Part shown: piece by piece, positions 24,979 to 39,047 of the stretch
Position numbering within the stretch: position 1 is the stretch's first letter
Layout: every line of letters begins with the position of its first letter
Assembly: GCA_021613535.1 (NCBI GenBank)
Contig: CP075497.1
Location: 11,842,001 to 11,906,000 of the forward strand
DNA length: 64,000 nt
Direction of reading: 5' to 3'
Origin: Adineta vaga
Taxonomy: Eukaryota; Animalia; Rotifera
Position numbers and translations under genes: made by a program
The notes under the pieces: generated by a model
What the model was told of the DNA's origin: nothing
Seen by the model: only the letters and a program-made list of their open reading frames with translations
Databases searched by the model: none

Positions 24979-26599
24979 TCTCTATTATAAAGAAAACGAA
25001 TCGACCATCAAATGATGATGATGTTGACAATAAAAGAAAAGAAAAATATATATTTGTTCAACCTTGTGTAGGTTTCGTCCAAGAAAAAAGAAAGAAGAGG
25101 AAAAAAAGAAAAGAATGAGAAATACTCGCAAAGATCTACTGTCGATACAAGTGCCGTTCACACTTACGAGTAGTTGGAAAAAAAAACAAAGAAATTCACT
25201 TCAGTTGAACTTTGACGACCCTACAAAGTTTTCATATAAATGACGATTCCGCTTCTTTTCTTCTTCAGATTACAATATACTATTGATTATTCTTTCTATA
25301 GAGAAAAATTCGAAAAAAAAAGGAATTTTGAGTTGATTTAATGTTGAAGGAGATTGTGGCTTATCGAAAACAATAAGGCCACTATTGCTGACGTCATTAA
25401 CAGGTTTTTTTCTCAGTCAGATGTGAAAAGACGAAAATGTGTTTGAAAGAATGGATGATCGTGGTTTCTCGACGGGGTTTCAAATGACGATTGCATCTAT
25501 CTGAGTGTTTGTTGATGAAGAAAAAGAAAATGCGTTTATTAAAGATTGACTGACAGTTTCGTTTGTTATTGTTGTTGTTGGTGTTCTTGTTTTCATACTG
25601 TGGAATAGTAGGTCATGTGTTTTGAAATGATAAAATCAAATTAAACTTTGATGAAAGGAAAAGAAAAAAAATGTTTTAGAAATGTTTTTCTTTCTTGAAT
25701 TTCAAGCAGCTTTTACTTTTCAAATGACAATGGAATTTTTTGCTTTCAGCTTTGTTTATATCTTCAATTTAAGAAAGATTTAAGTGATAAAAATATTAGA
25801 AACGGTATGGTTGACTGTGTGAAAGTCGATGATACAGTTTGAAACAAGTTAAGTGATCATACCCACTATATTATTGGAGTCTTAGAATTAATTCTGAAAG
25901 TTCAATAGATCTTATTCGATCTTAGATGACAAAGAAAAGATCATGAACGATTATGTACTGAATCTGATGACATATTAAAAGATTGCGATTAACTTATATG
26001 TACAAAAATGATATAGTTTCTTTGCCTATCTATTTACAAACAATTAGAAGTAGACGAAAAGCAAACTCACACACACACATCGAATTCTTTACGTAAAGAA
26101 ATAAAATTATGTTTGTTTAAGTTTATCAAAGATTTCATTCGATCGAATTTTATTTTTGTTGCCGAGTAAAAACACAAAATTTTGATGATTCTTATTTAAA
26201 TATAGAAACAAGTAACGTACCATTTGAAATCGAAAGTTGAGCATTGATTATCCTGCATATGAAAATTTATTTATTTACAACAGAAAGCAAAAAACATGTC
26301 TACATTTTAAAATAAAAAATAAAAATATGATGATAAAAGAAAATTCGTTAATATATATATTGCTCTCTTTAAGAATTTTCCCGCGTGCTTAAATCGAATA
26401 AATCTATTTCGCCTGCTTTGCACTGACGACTTATTCTTAACATATACCAGTATACGTTGAACATCTATCTGTGCTGATATAAAGTTGGTAACACTACATT
26501 TCCTTAATTCTAATTGATCAGACGCCATTAAATAGGTGAAATCTAGTAACGTTAACAATGATTACGATGATTGTATTTCATAAATCAGATTAATATTAC

Positions 26600-26850
26600 C
26601 ATTTTCTTTTTTGTCCATTTATTCAAACGGTGATATCCAACCGTTTCTTCACGTTGGTGTCGAAAGGAAGAGATTAGTCGGTCTATGTAATTATCTTCGA
26701 AGTAACGAGTTCTTCAGTTGATGATAAAACACATTCCAGATCAAACGACACGAACCGTAGACGGCGATAAATGAAAGAATAGCCAACTTCTTTGTATTAA
26801 GATAACAGCCAAAGGAACACTGATATAGATACATTTTGTAACATTTTACA
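26600..26850 (-). mobile_element. Possible degraded MULE/Mutator transposase fragment
   Basis: Broken minus-strand frames give 'KKLAILSFI' and 'YFEDNYIDR', which resemble MULE 'KKL.ALAFVP' and 'YFEDNYIG'. There are many stops. Confidence 0.3.
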
Positions 26851-27001
26851 CATCGTATTATGGAATATCGAATTCTAATAGATGCAATATCATATGATTC
26901 GAATAAACTGGAATGATGACGTGCTCAGTTCGATAAAGAAAAGCTTAATCTACAAGATAATGTTTTTCCTCAATCTTACTTCGATATTGAACGAGCATCG
27001 A

Positions 27002-27054
27002 GGGTGGGTGTGGGTATGAAAGAAGAAGAGATACCCACACCCACACCCACACCC
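27002..27054. repeat. Inverted telomere-like repeat hairpin, TGTGGG / (CCCACA)3
   Basis: TGGGTGTGGGTAT (27005-27017) is the exact reverse complement of ATACCCACACCCA (27031-27043). (CCCACA)3 lies at 27034-27051, and a related motif occurs at about 36500-36533. Confidence 0.75.
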
Positions 27055-27222
27055 CTTGTTTTTCATATTCAACAGAGATGCGATCATGTTTTTTTGATTC
27101 CCTTCATGCCAAGAAAACTTCACATATCTCTGAATGTTTTGTCCAAATAATAATATTAGATTAATCACAATTTCATTTTCTTTGATTTAAACTTATTTTT
27201 TTAAACTTTTTCAGATTTTCAA

Positions 27223-28646
27223 ATGAATGACTCAACTGTTCTCAGTCATATTTATCTGTGTGAATCTTTATGTTATTCTTCTGGAAAGATACGACCATCA
27301 GATTGTACAGAAAGATCCAAACTTCTTTCAAGTTTAGCATTACTTCTAAATGGAAATGCATCATGTACAGCAGTTTATGTTCATCAAGGTGAACGATGTG
27401 TTTTTGTTAGCAGAAATGATCCAATTGCAGCTACTGATGAAAGATATTTTAATGGGTTTTTTCGTTTAATACGAATTTATGCTAATTTATGTTTCAGCAA
27501 TCACCAACAAATAGCTGACGAAGTTCGAGATCAATTACGATGTCATGTTTTAGAATGCAATTCGAAAAAAATCATCCATCGTTTTATTGGTCGAAATGAA
27601 ATGATCATTGATCGATTACAAAAAATGCTTCAATGGAACCAAAAAGAAAAAGATCTCTTTATATCAGAACTTCAATCAAATTCAAAGCTGTACAAGGAAC
27701 GTCCTTTGATGACTGAAAAACTTTGTTTGATTGATGAAAATCAATCGGAAGAAGATTATGTTCAATTCTTATTTGATCAACTTGCCGAATTCATTACAGT
27801 TCGTGAACAATTAATTGATAACAAAGAAAATCCAACTGATCATCAATTATTATCAGCAACAAGGCTTGCTAAAATTCTTTATTCATGACGTTTATTTCAA
27901 TTTATGTTGAATCATTTAGATGAAAATACTGGTGCAGGTGTTTATTATTTTGAAAAAATATCAGCACATGATCGTTCATTACATATGCTTTTAAAATATT
28001 TACATGTTCGTACAAATTATGTTATTGATCTGTATAAAAATATTACATTGAAACTTATTTCATCAATTGAAACAATTAAATACTTATCTGTTACTCCAAG
28101 ACAAGCTTTCGAAAATATCTTCACAAATTTGTGTCATTTAGCAGATGGAGATTTATTAAATATTTTATCAAATATGAAAAGTGAAACATTTTATAATGAA
28201 CATTTAGATAAATTAAAAAGAATTGATAATAATCCTAATCAATCCGTTCATATTCATGCAGAAATATTACCTATTGATCATTGATTAAATATGAATATCA
28301 ATGAAACAAATGGATTGCGAGATGTTGAAATAGGAATTTGAAAATGCCTTGTTTATTATGTTGGTTGTACATCGATTATTTGAACAAAAAATATGATCGT
28401 TGTTTTTGTCAACCATGTACCAATAGAAAAATAGATACCAAATGGTGTTTTCGAGAAAATGAAGATCCAAATATTATCAACATGATCAATCAAGAACTTA
28501 TCACAAGAATCGAACAAGCAATTAAAAAACGATGTACTGATAGTCAACGGACTGATCCAAAGAAAAGTGGCGACATCGACATCATGTCTACTTCAATAGA
28601 AGGAAAGGATTTTGATAGAAAAATATATTATAAAAAGAAGACTTGA
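27223..28646 (+). pseudogene. OTT1508-like nucleic-acid deaminase, copy A, disrupted
   Basis: N-terminal 'LLSSLALLL...CTAV...VFVSRN', catalytic 'HIHAE' (28255) and 'KMPCLLC'. In-frame TGA at 27886, 28282 and 28339, plus a 1-nt frameshift near 28342 relative to copy B. Intronless. Confidence 0.8.
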
Positions 28647-28982
28647 GAATGTATTCGTGTAATAGGTTATTTTTCTTATATGGAAAAGGGTTTAGCAGAA
28701 ATAAACTCTGTGTTGTAATCTCCGCACATACTGACTGTTCATATAATAATATAAATATAATAAAACATTATTACTACTAAAGTTTCATCAAAAGCAACAG
28801 CGAAAGTTATTTTATATTTCATCAATTAATCCAATATCTAATACAATGGAATTGATCCATGAATTTTAGAATGACAATGTAAGATTATTATTATATAAAT
28901 ATCTTTTTTTTTAAAGTTCGTTTTATTTTATAGATACAAAAAAAGAGAAGATTAGTTTATTACTATCAATAGAACATTTCTT

Positions 28983-29138
28983 TCAATCTTCCACAAGTAT
29001 AACATCATTTGTTTGTATATTATCTTCCATGTCATTCACTTCTTCATCAGGTCCAAACTAAACATAAAGAATAAGATTGAATCCATTGAGTGTTATTTTA
29101 ACTTACAAAATATTCGACAAGAGATGGTTTATCTTTTT
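28983..29138 (-). pseudogene. Orphan duplicated 3' end of RAD1 (last exon, last intron, tail of penultimate exon)
   Basis: Matches 42371-42526 and reads FGPDEEVNDMEDNIQTNDVILVED*. Confidence 0.85.
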
Positions 29139-29326
29139 AATCTTTTTATTATATTTAAAATAATTACATGATCACCATCAACTGCCCAACCAGTTGCAAT
29201 ACTTGATGCACAATGTGTTCAATTTGATTATTTACATCTTCACATATTTCATCAGGAAGATTATTATTATGAAACTTAAATGGAGGATCACATTCATGTA
29301 CAAGTAAATAATGAACTATGTTTTAA

Positions 29327-30192
29327 GTGCTACTTATGCTACTGTTAGTATCCGTATATGAAAACATAGGTGGATATGCGAAAGTCTTATTCTTTTTCTA
29401 TGAAAAAGATTTAGCAACTGCGGAAAAGATACTTCCTTCTAATCATCGTGAAGTGGCTGCTTCTTCTAATAACATTGGCTTATTATATGATAAAATGGGC
29501 GAATATTTGAAAACACTTTCATATTAAAAAAAAGTACTTGAAATTCGTTAGAAAATTTTTCCTTCAAATCATCTTGATCTGGATATGACATATAATAATC
29601 TTGGTTATTGTTATGTGATAAGATGGATGATTATTCCAAAGTAATTTTTGCCCTGAAACAATAGTGGAGTATATTTTGCAATAGAACAGTATTTTAAAGC
29701 ACTTCCATACTTACTTGAAGCGATTGAAATAGCTGAACAGAATCTTGCACCAGATCATACGGATTTAGTAACTGCTTATGATAATATTGGTTTCGTCTAC
29801 GATAAAATTGTGAATCAATCTGAAGCATTTATGTACTTTGAAAAATCACTTAATATTCCTATGAAAGTTCTTGCATCAGATGCTTCTAGTCGGATTGGTT
29901 CTTAATAGTAATATTGGTCTAATGCTTTCTGATATGGCAGAAAATGTCAAAGATGTTTCATACTTTGAAAAAGCTGTTTCAAATCGCTGAAAACATTCTT
30001 CCTCGAGATCAATCAGTTTTGGTTAATCTTTGCAACCACATGTGCATTGTCTATATAAATAGTAACGATAACTCAAAAGCATTTTCTTGTTTTAAAAAAG
30101 TATATGAAATTCATCAGAAAATCGATCCTTCAAATCATCCGACGGTAGATGGCAAGGAAATTTTTCTTGAATATCTCAAACGAAGACAATAA
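29327..30192 (+). pseudogene. TPR-repeat (kinesin light chain / NPHP3-like) gene remnant
   Basis: Repeats such as 'EKILPSNHREVAASSNNIGLLYDKMGEY' and 'FPSNHLDLDMTYNNLG'; in-frame stops at 29525 and 29549, and frameshifts. Confidence 0.8.
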
Positions 30193-31634
30193 CTAATGAT
30201 TTTTGTTTATTCCAAAATAAAATCTATCTTCGCTTCACTCTCACACTGATCCATATCAACGGAATAGAATACAATCTCAAAATTTGTCATAAGAATGAAA
30301 AAATAAACAAGATCGATCATTGATTCATGTTTATCAAGAAGAGATAATAACACCTAAAACATTCGAATACATTGACAAGGAATTTTCAGACGTTTAATAT
30401 ATTAATTGAATTTCAAGATGAAAAATATCGCTACATTCAATTTATAACAAAGATAAGTTTTTTATCACATGATCATCTAAAGTAAAAGATTTTATTCTTT
30501 AAACAATAAGAAATGTGTAGAATTTTTCTTCATCTTCTTTTTTTGAATAAGTATGCCTAATCTTTTCAATATGAACATATAGCGCGCCGTCATGGACGTC
30601 GAATAACCAACATGATTGTTCAACTTTGACATATTCTTTCTTCAGTCAATGTTCATTCAGCTCATTTTTTTAGTCTATTCAAGATCATTCGCGTATCTAT
30701 GGCACAAAAAATTTTCTTCTTCCCATATGTTGAAAATTAGTATATTCTTATATGAAAAAGTCATATTAAATACGAAATCTTTTTTATTTATAAAGAGATC
30801 GAACATAATAAATTTGACATAGTTTTTCGTATTTAATTAGTTGAACTTGAAATATTAAACTAACTAATTATTTAAATAAATATCAACATGATTATCTCTA
30901 TTCAAATTCTTCAGAAATCTTTATAAATATTCAATGAAAACATATAATTGATCGATATTGAATTGATTTCAGTAGTATCGAAAAGAAATCTGGTAAAGAG
31001 GGTTATTCTATGTCTTCTCATTAGCTATTAGATGATTATTATAAACAACTTTAGATTTATTCAAACTATCAGTCGACATTATATCTTTTTCTTTTTTTAA
31101 AAGTTATTTTATATTAAATGATATTAACACAAACTGACTTGGTGAAACTTAAAATGAGCTATCTTATCGATAGAATGATGACATCAGATACAGAGTATTT
31201 TTTCTTGTTGTATTTCATGCGAGTTACAATGTAAATAAAGGACTCGTACAAAGCCTTTTTGGTAAAATAAAAAGTTGTCTAATTTACGCGTATGTTCAAA
31301 GATCGACTCTTATTTTACTATGTGAAATCTGTGAATGTTAGGATTTTGTAAAGAATTAACTCGGATATTATCAAAATAGATAATTACTTATTAATAATCA
31401 ATATTAGTTTTCCGTAGGTACAAACATCGTTTAAACAAACAAAGTTTTATGTAGAACTTTTGTTATTTCAATTTTGAAACAAAACTGTCGAAAATATTTA
31501 TTTCCGTTTTTTTTCTATTTCAGAAAAACACAATATGTGTTGAATAGAAAAAAGATCGGACTAAAAATGAATACTTTTATCAATTGATAATTATATACAA
31601 TTTTCATTTATTCGTTTACGGTTGTAAACTTTTG

Positions 31635-33071
31635 TTAAAACTCGAATGACTCATTCTGCTGCATCGGTGTAATTTTGGAATCGATCGTTTTATTGGTATC
31701 ACTATTATCACTAATGGAAAGATGACCATATTGCTTCACTATCCACATAAAACCTTGATAGAGCCACACACCAACAATGGCTCCGATAATTGGACCGATG
31801 ATCGGTACCCAAAAGAAATAGTTATGTACACTAAATACTTCATTCCAACCATAGATAAATGCTCCGAAAAGACGTGGACCAAGATCACGTGCCTAAGTAT
31901 AACAAAATAAAGAGAATAAGACTGTGCTTCAATTAATATATATATAATTTGCATACAGGATTAATTGCAGCACCAGCATTAATTGAAAATCCACAAATAA
32001 TTCCTATAACAATCAATGCAAAGGCAAATGGTTTCATTGCATTTGACATCATATGATTAAATTCCTACACAAAATGACTTCTCAATTACTTATTTATCTA
32101 TTTCAATTGACTCTCTTACGTTCGTCACTGCCATGATAAATATCATCAAAATAGCGGTACCCACAATTTGATCAACGAATGCATTCCAGTTATGTATACC
32201 ACGGATGGCATTGTAAAGAAAATATCAGCTGTACCACTATCACCTGTCATCTGTCTTACACCTCCATCGTATGCATCGAATTGCTTCAAATAGACAAGAT
32301 AGACTAGGGCAGCTCCTAAAAATGCACCCAAAATTTGACCAATAATATAGAAGATACATTGTAATGGTTTCACTTTGCGAATAGTCATTAACGATATACT
32401 CAAGGCTGGATTGAGATGAGCACCTAAAATAATCAATATTGATTTATATTAAATACTATTTTGAATCTTTCTCATACCAGTTATTGATCCAACAAGCATT
32501 AAGGCTACAAAAAACAAGAATAGAAATTAAAATAAATCATTTTTTTGTATATTATAGGAAATAAAGATTGATGAATTTGACTTTTTTTGGAATTTATGAT
32601 TCTATGTTACTATGGATATTATCTTTTTCTTCATGAAATAAGGCTGAAAAGGTGGTCATAAGCAAAGAAAAAAGATTATTATCATATTAGATTAAAAAAC
32701 GATCGATCGATCAAATGTGTAACTGTATATAGTATTTAGATTTGTTCCGGTTGTCATTCTTAGAAGAATTAACTACTACTCATTACAGACAGAAGAATCC
32801 TTTTCGAAATGAAAATAGATTTTATATAATAGTGTTTGAAAAAAAGATCAATGAAGATGATATTCTGATTATTGTCTATATTTTCTATAAATATAACCTG
32901 CATATGTGCCAACACCAAATGCAATGCAATTGGAATTGTAGAATGAAAATTTTGTTGAGTAAATTTATAGTTAGCAATAGAGGCTTCACCAATAAGTATA
33001 AGAATACATGTTGCAAAACATTCCGCTAACAAGTGAACCGCATATTGTTGTAACTCTTTTATATTCACCAT
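31635..33071 (-). pseudogene. Aquaglyceroporin (GlpF/AQP3-like), frameshifted
   Basis: 'LLAECFAT', 'TGAHLNPA', 'AINP|ARDLGPRLF' and 'FFWVPIIGPIIGA'. Apparent 1-nt frameshifts near 32925, 32201 and 31740. Confidence 0.85.
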
Positions 33072-33909
33072 CTTTTGTTTTCCTTTTCTGTTCTAATCGA
33101 AAATAATTGGAGTAGTCTGAATTAAAGTACAAAATAAAAAGATACTTGTATTAATTCTTCATTCTTTTTTTTCTAGTCTCGTTACTGTCATAAAGTTATC
33201 AAGGCCATTGGCTGGCCTCGTAAAAATCATGGACATTTATCTTCTTATAGAAATACAACAATACATCAATTTGACTTCTTAATCTATACTACGACGTATA
33301 AAACCGATAAGAAACAAGTGTTTATATCGGAGTTTAAAATATCATAGAAAACGAAATATTTTTGTCATTTATTCGCTTTTAATATTTATTCGCTTATCGA
33401 GGTTTATCAAATATTTGACAAAGGTTAAATCCGTATAAACTAAACTTATATGAAATACAACGATCAGAAATGAGTTACGTATAGGAAGTTAAACAACTGT
33501 CATGCATGCGATTGTCCTATATTCATTCACTTGTTGACGTATATAGAAAACGTTAAATGAATAACTTATGTATGTGCTATTATCCTAGATATACATCTAA
33601 AGTGATCAGGAATTGATACGATTTTGTTATGCAACTCATGAATTAGGATCGAGAGATTACACTTCAATAGGATTTTATTGTGCATATATGAAGTAATATT
33701 TATATTTATAAAGCGTCATCTTGCCCTGGACAACACAAGACGAAAAATATTTCTCAAACTAAATGATTTTATATCCTTTCTTTTTCAAGACTCAGTTCTA
33801 CTCGTAAGCAAATATTTCTTATCTCCTTTCTCGGTCACCTTTGTTTTATTTTGCGTTCCTCTTCATGTCATTTGCAAAGAGACGAACAATATTTGTTTTG
33901 CGTTTCAGG

Positions 33910-35912
33910 TTACGACTTGGTGAGAACAATTGCTATTGGTTTGTGTGCGGTATATTCGTGTATTGTCGTGGATGGGTGTGGCTGTGTGTATATCTTCTCG
34001 TGATCAGCAATAATAATTTCATCACTTTTATTTATTGGAATGTAATTAAATAAAAAGATTATTATACCACAGATAAACCTAAATAAATCTATTCTCAAGA
34101 AACAAGAAATATCAAGAAAGATAATTTCTACCAGGGACAGTTCGATTTCTGTTTAGAATTCAGTGCCAATTTGAAGACAGATGCATTAGGCCACCAGCCA
34201 AGTAATGTTTTTGATCGAAAACGATTTTTCTGTTGAATTTTCAGTAACAAACCCCATGGAATTTCTTTTGGATAAATTCTAAACAGATATCTAATAAGTA
34301 AAACTAGGAAATTAAAATGAATAACTAACTCATGATCGTCTTCATCAACATCAGCTATATTTTCAAACCAATGATTGATTAATGGTATCATTCGAATTGA
34401 ATAGAATTCTTTTGCTGTTGGTGCCATGATTAAATGTTTTTCAATTTCATTTAATAATCGTCGTTGTTCATTGTCACCTGATTTAACATAAGCAAAAGCA
34501 TTTTGTGCAAGAAGTAATGTTCCAGGTGGAATAATACATTTAGAATAATATTTTCCATGACGATTTTTCATGAATGTTGTATTATAAAAATTGTAATGAT
34601 ATGTTTGAAAATCAAATTGTGTTTTTTGATCAAAATGTTCTTGATGAAACATGGTTTTTAAAGAATAAATTCCATGTGCACATTGATCTTTTAAACGATC
34701 TAAGTTTGCATTAAGTTGTTGATAATCAGATAAATATTTGCAACGTATTTGAGGATCGATTGAGGATGTTTGACTAAGATTAAGAAGTTCAAAAATTGGA
34801 AATGAAAATTCTACTAATGCAATGTTCGCACAAATCAATCGATAAAGACATTTGAAAAATAATTCATCGGATGTTTTATTCAGAAGATGACCAGTAACAA
34901 CAACAGTAGAATCCATACTTGCATCGAAATAAAGACGTTCACGTAAATAGCATGCTGAACGATTTGAATACAATCGAGCAAGATCATGTTGAAATGCATT
35001 TTGAAATAAATTTAATTCATGTTAATTATCTAAAGTTTGATTTTCATGTAAAAGTAAAATGAATAAATGAGAAATAATATCCTACCTTTGGACATGGTCA
35101 TTCGAGCTATAGTAAGAATTCGAGCAATACCAAATGTATAATAATCAATAGCAAATTGTAGATCACCACGAATATAAGCTTGATTACCACGATTTCGTAA
35201 ATCATCGGTTTTTCAAGAACAAAACATTTTTTGATTCGTTCACATAAAATCAAATCGATATTTGGTGCATTACACCGAAGTGTTGGTTGATTATCGATTG
35301 AGCATCTGATCAAAAGTGGATCATATAATTTAATCATACTGCCAATTGGTAAAAGTTCATCCAAAATATGTGATAAAGATTTCATTGATTTCGTTTCATT
35401 TGTTGTTGTTATATAAGACCAATTATTAATTACTAGAAGTAAAATAATGATTCACTGACCGAAAGAATTTATATACGCAGAGAAAAAAGTTTACCTAAAC
35501 GAACATGATAATCAAATTTATCACGAACGACCATATATATGTAGTACCATCAACCATATTCGTTGGTTGAGGTTGTGTTACAATCCATAATGATAATTGA
35601 CAATCATCAGCAACTTCATCTAATTTCATTTCAATTAACGATATATCTGTTCGATGGCAATCATCACATTGATCTTTGTGTTCAATTGTACAACTTAGTG
35701 ATGAATAAGTCAGTACTGGTCGATGAATTTCTTGTTGATCGGGATGTTCTTTATTGAAAAAATTCAATTGTTTGTGGCCTAGAAACAAATACAACAGCAA
35801 GATTTTTTGTTTTATTTTATTATTTGTAGTTTTGAAAGAGTAAATACCAATCAATACGAATGACATAATAATCTTTCTCTGACATTTTACTCTTACAACG
35901 AAGACATTCCAT
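33910..35912 (-). pseudogene. TPR + degenerate SET-domain (SMYD-like) gene, disrupted
   Basis: TPR 'LRNRGNQAY..GDLQFAIDYYT' and 'LYSNRSACYL'; SET-like 'IPPGTLLLAQNAFA' and 'LGWWPNASVF', with no NHSC. In-frame TAA at 35022-35024 and an apparent frameshift near 35210. Confidence 0.6.
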
Positions 35913-36903
35913 GATGAAGATAAATGCTTTTAACACTGATGATTTCGATGATAAATGTGAACAATAGATATACAGACATAGATCGCGCGTGCGTACGCGG
36001 AAGAGAAAAAGGAAAACCGTTAGATGATTTAAAGACACAAAATTATGTAGTTCGTTATCCATGCAATAATCAAGAAGAAAATATTATGAATTTAAATATA
36101 GACTGATAGTAGTACAGACTTGAAAATAAAATTCATTCTAATAATTTGTTCAATCTTCGATATGTACAATATCATTCGCTTGTTTATTATCTTCCTTATT
36201 TTTCAGTTTGTTATCAGGTCTAAACTAAAGATAATTGTGCCGATTTTAGATGCAAGAAGCTAATAGCGCTATATGCTGCGTCGCTTTTGTACAAAACAGT
36301 CATTTATATACTCTCGATAAAAGAAGAAACGGATAAAATGCAGATTAAAAACAAAGATAAAGATAATCTTTTTATCGATCAATAATAGACGGAATGGATT
36401 TCACATCAGCAAAAATGAATTGTTTTGAAAATACTCATTAATGTTCGAATTGATCTTAATATCGCAATAAATACAATGGATGTGTATGGGATAAGGAAAC
36501 ACATCCTCACCCACACCCTCATGCTCAACAGTGATAATAAAAGAAAATACATATAAGAAATATGTGGTAAGAAACAGAGAATTCTTTATCATTCTATTAA
36601 TTTTGTTTTAAATTTCTCTTTAAAATAATCATATCTGTATTTATTATGGCTTATACATTTATTGACTCATTATTATTCAAACTTCTTGTTTTTCTAAATC
36701 CTTTACTCTACGAAATCCTATGTACATATCAACTTTGTATTTTTATGCTCAAACAACAAAATCTTTTAAGATTAATCTGAAACTAATGTCGACGAATAAT
36801 CGAATGAATACTTTGTAAATTGACATGACGATGCATTGATAAGGATAGCGAGTGATTATATATACAATCAATAAAACTATTTTTTATAAAATATTTCATA
36901 ATA

Positions 36904-38388
36904 ATGAATGTATATACGATTTATATCATGGCGTTTTACGCCGTAGCTTCTGGTCATATTCAGCAATGTGTAAGTAATTATTTGTGATGAGAAAAAGAGT
37001 TATTAATTATTGGTTTTATTCTTTAGGATAATATGTCGAGAAAAACAAAACCAATTGTTAATAATATAAATCCAGTATTAATTATCGGAGCTGGATTATC
37101 TGGTTTAGAAGCTGCTCGAATATTAGAACAAAAAGGTATTCAATATTTAATATTGGAAGCACGAAATCGATCAGGTGGCCGTATTTGGTCTTATCGTTCT
37201 CAATCTAATCATATGCTTGATATGGGTGCAACTTGGATTCATGGTATTCATGGATCAATTCCGAGTGGTTTATTAACAAATCCGTGGGATCTTGCACGAG
37301 AAGCAAAACTTCCAACACGAGCAACACAGCTTGATGATATTCTTCAAATCTCTTCAGTTAATGATACTACATCTGATGTTCACCCGTGGTTTAATCAATA
37401 CATTGATTTTGTACGAGAACAAACGCGAATGACTTCAACAAATCTTTCACTTGGTTACTATGCGAATCAATTTGTTAATCAAATGAAATTCAATACAAAA
37501 GAACAATTTACTTTTTATAGTTATTTAAATCATATTATTGAAAATACAGAAGGGGCAGAATTGAATGAGATTGGTGCAAAAAGTTTTCTTGATCTTACAT
37601 CGGTTTATTATGGTGATGAACCAATTTTTCATGATGATGGTTTTATGTCTTTAACAAATTATTTATCGAAGCAAATATCAGATATTCAATTTAATCAAAT
37701 CGTTTCCAAAATAACATTTCATGATCAATCAGTTGAAGTAAGAACAAAAGATGGACAAATTTATCATGCCGAATATGTTCTTCTGACTGTTCCATTAGGA
37801 GTTTTAAAGAGAAAACAGATTGAATTTTCTCCATCATTACCTAAATGGAAATCAGATGCAATCGATCGGATTGGTTATAATATTTTTGAAAAAGTCTTCT
37901 TATTATGGGATCATGCTTGGTGGAATTCTACGAATTTTTATTTCACACATATTTCATCCAATCCAACACGAATGGGTTATTGGGTTAATGCAAACAAATG
38001 GAATGATAAACCTGCTCTTATCTGTTTCTTCTCCGGGAAAACGACACCACAATATTTAGCAATACAAAATCGAAGTATTTTAATCAAAGAACTTCTACAA
38101 GCTTTAGAAGAAATGTTTCCAGGTTATGTTATTCCTCAACCAACTGAAGTTCATGTTACAAATTGGTATGATGATCCATTTTCTTATGGTTCATATTCAT
38201 ATATTTCAACTAAACAAAATTACGATGATCCAATTTACCTATCTGAACCAGTTCATAATCGACTTTTATTTGCAGGAGAAGCAACACATCTTGATACTTA
38301 TGGCTATGCTCATGCTGCATTATCAAGTGCACGAAGAGAAGTTGCTCGTCTTCTATATATTTATAATTTACTATCAAAGAAAAAATGA
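36904..38388 (+). CDS. Flavin-containing amine oxidase (polyamine oxidase/MAO-like), probably secreted
   Basis: 'IIGAGLSGL', 'EARNRSGGRI', 'DMGATWIHG', 'W.DDPFSYGSYS' and 'LFAGEAT'. Exon 36904-36969 (MNVYTIYIMAFYAVASGHIQQC) splices in phase to 37027, and the rest is one exon. Confidence 0.9.
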
Positions 38389-39047
38389 TACAAAAAACTT
38401 AATCAACAACAGTGATATCCATAGAATTACTCATCATGTTTATATGCAAGAAACATCGAAGAATTTTATAACTTGCATCTAAAAGTACGAAAAAATCCTA
38501 TTACATAGAATTTCATGTCACTGGTTTTCTTCAAATAAAGATTAACAATACATTTGTCAATTATTTAAGAATGACGTACATATCAAATCTGAATTTGTAC
38601 GAATTTGTTTAGGTACTTCAATCTCATCACCATCAACTTTTTTTCATTTCATTCATTAAATATTACAAACACTCAATTATATCATCTTCCTAAAGAAAAA
38701 AAATCAGTAGTATAATCTCGAAAGTTGAATTCAACTATTCATCCTCCTTAGACGGGGTATCACTCTGTGTCAATATGCTGATATCCGTCGACACCTTCCC
38801 CTGCACCTCCATCACGAAAATACTATGATAATATAAAGTTTAATCGATGATATAATCTAATTTTATTATTCTAAAATACGTTCAATAATTTCCTTATTAT
38901 TATATTTCAATACAAAAGTAATCTACTTACTTCTACATAAATAGTTATTGCTTCTTTTATTTTAGAAATTACTATTTGAAATTGGACGTCTTGATAAAAA
39001 TAATCAAGTACAAATTTTCGACCAGAATGAAGTGAACCCAAATTAAT

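Larger units (their letters stand above)
27056..29138 (+). repeat. Segmental direct duplication, copy A (paired with 40311-42526)
   Basis: Colinear near-identical sequence from TTGTTTTTCATATTCAACAGAG to GATGGTTTATCTTTTT in both copies. Confidence 0.95.

Noticed and set aside
27886-28341. In-frame TGA codons in deaminase copy A read as selenocysteine/readthrough, or as self-inflicted deaminase mutations (two are TCA>TGA)
   Set aside because: They align to Ser/Leu, not Cys, in copy B and come with a frameshift. Two events are far too few to call a mutational signature.
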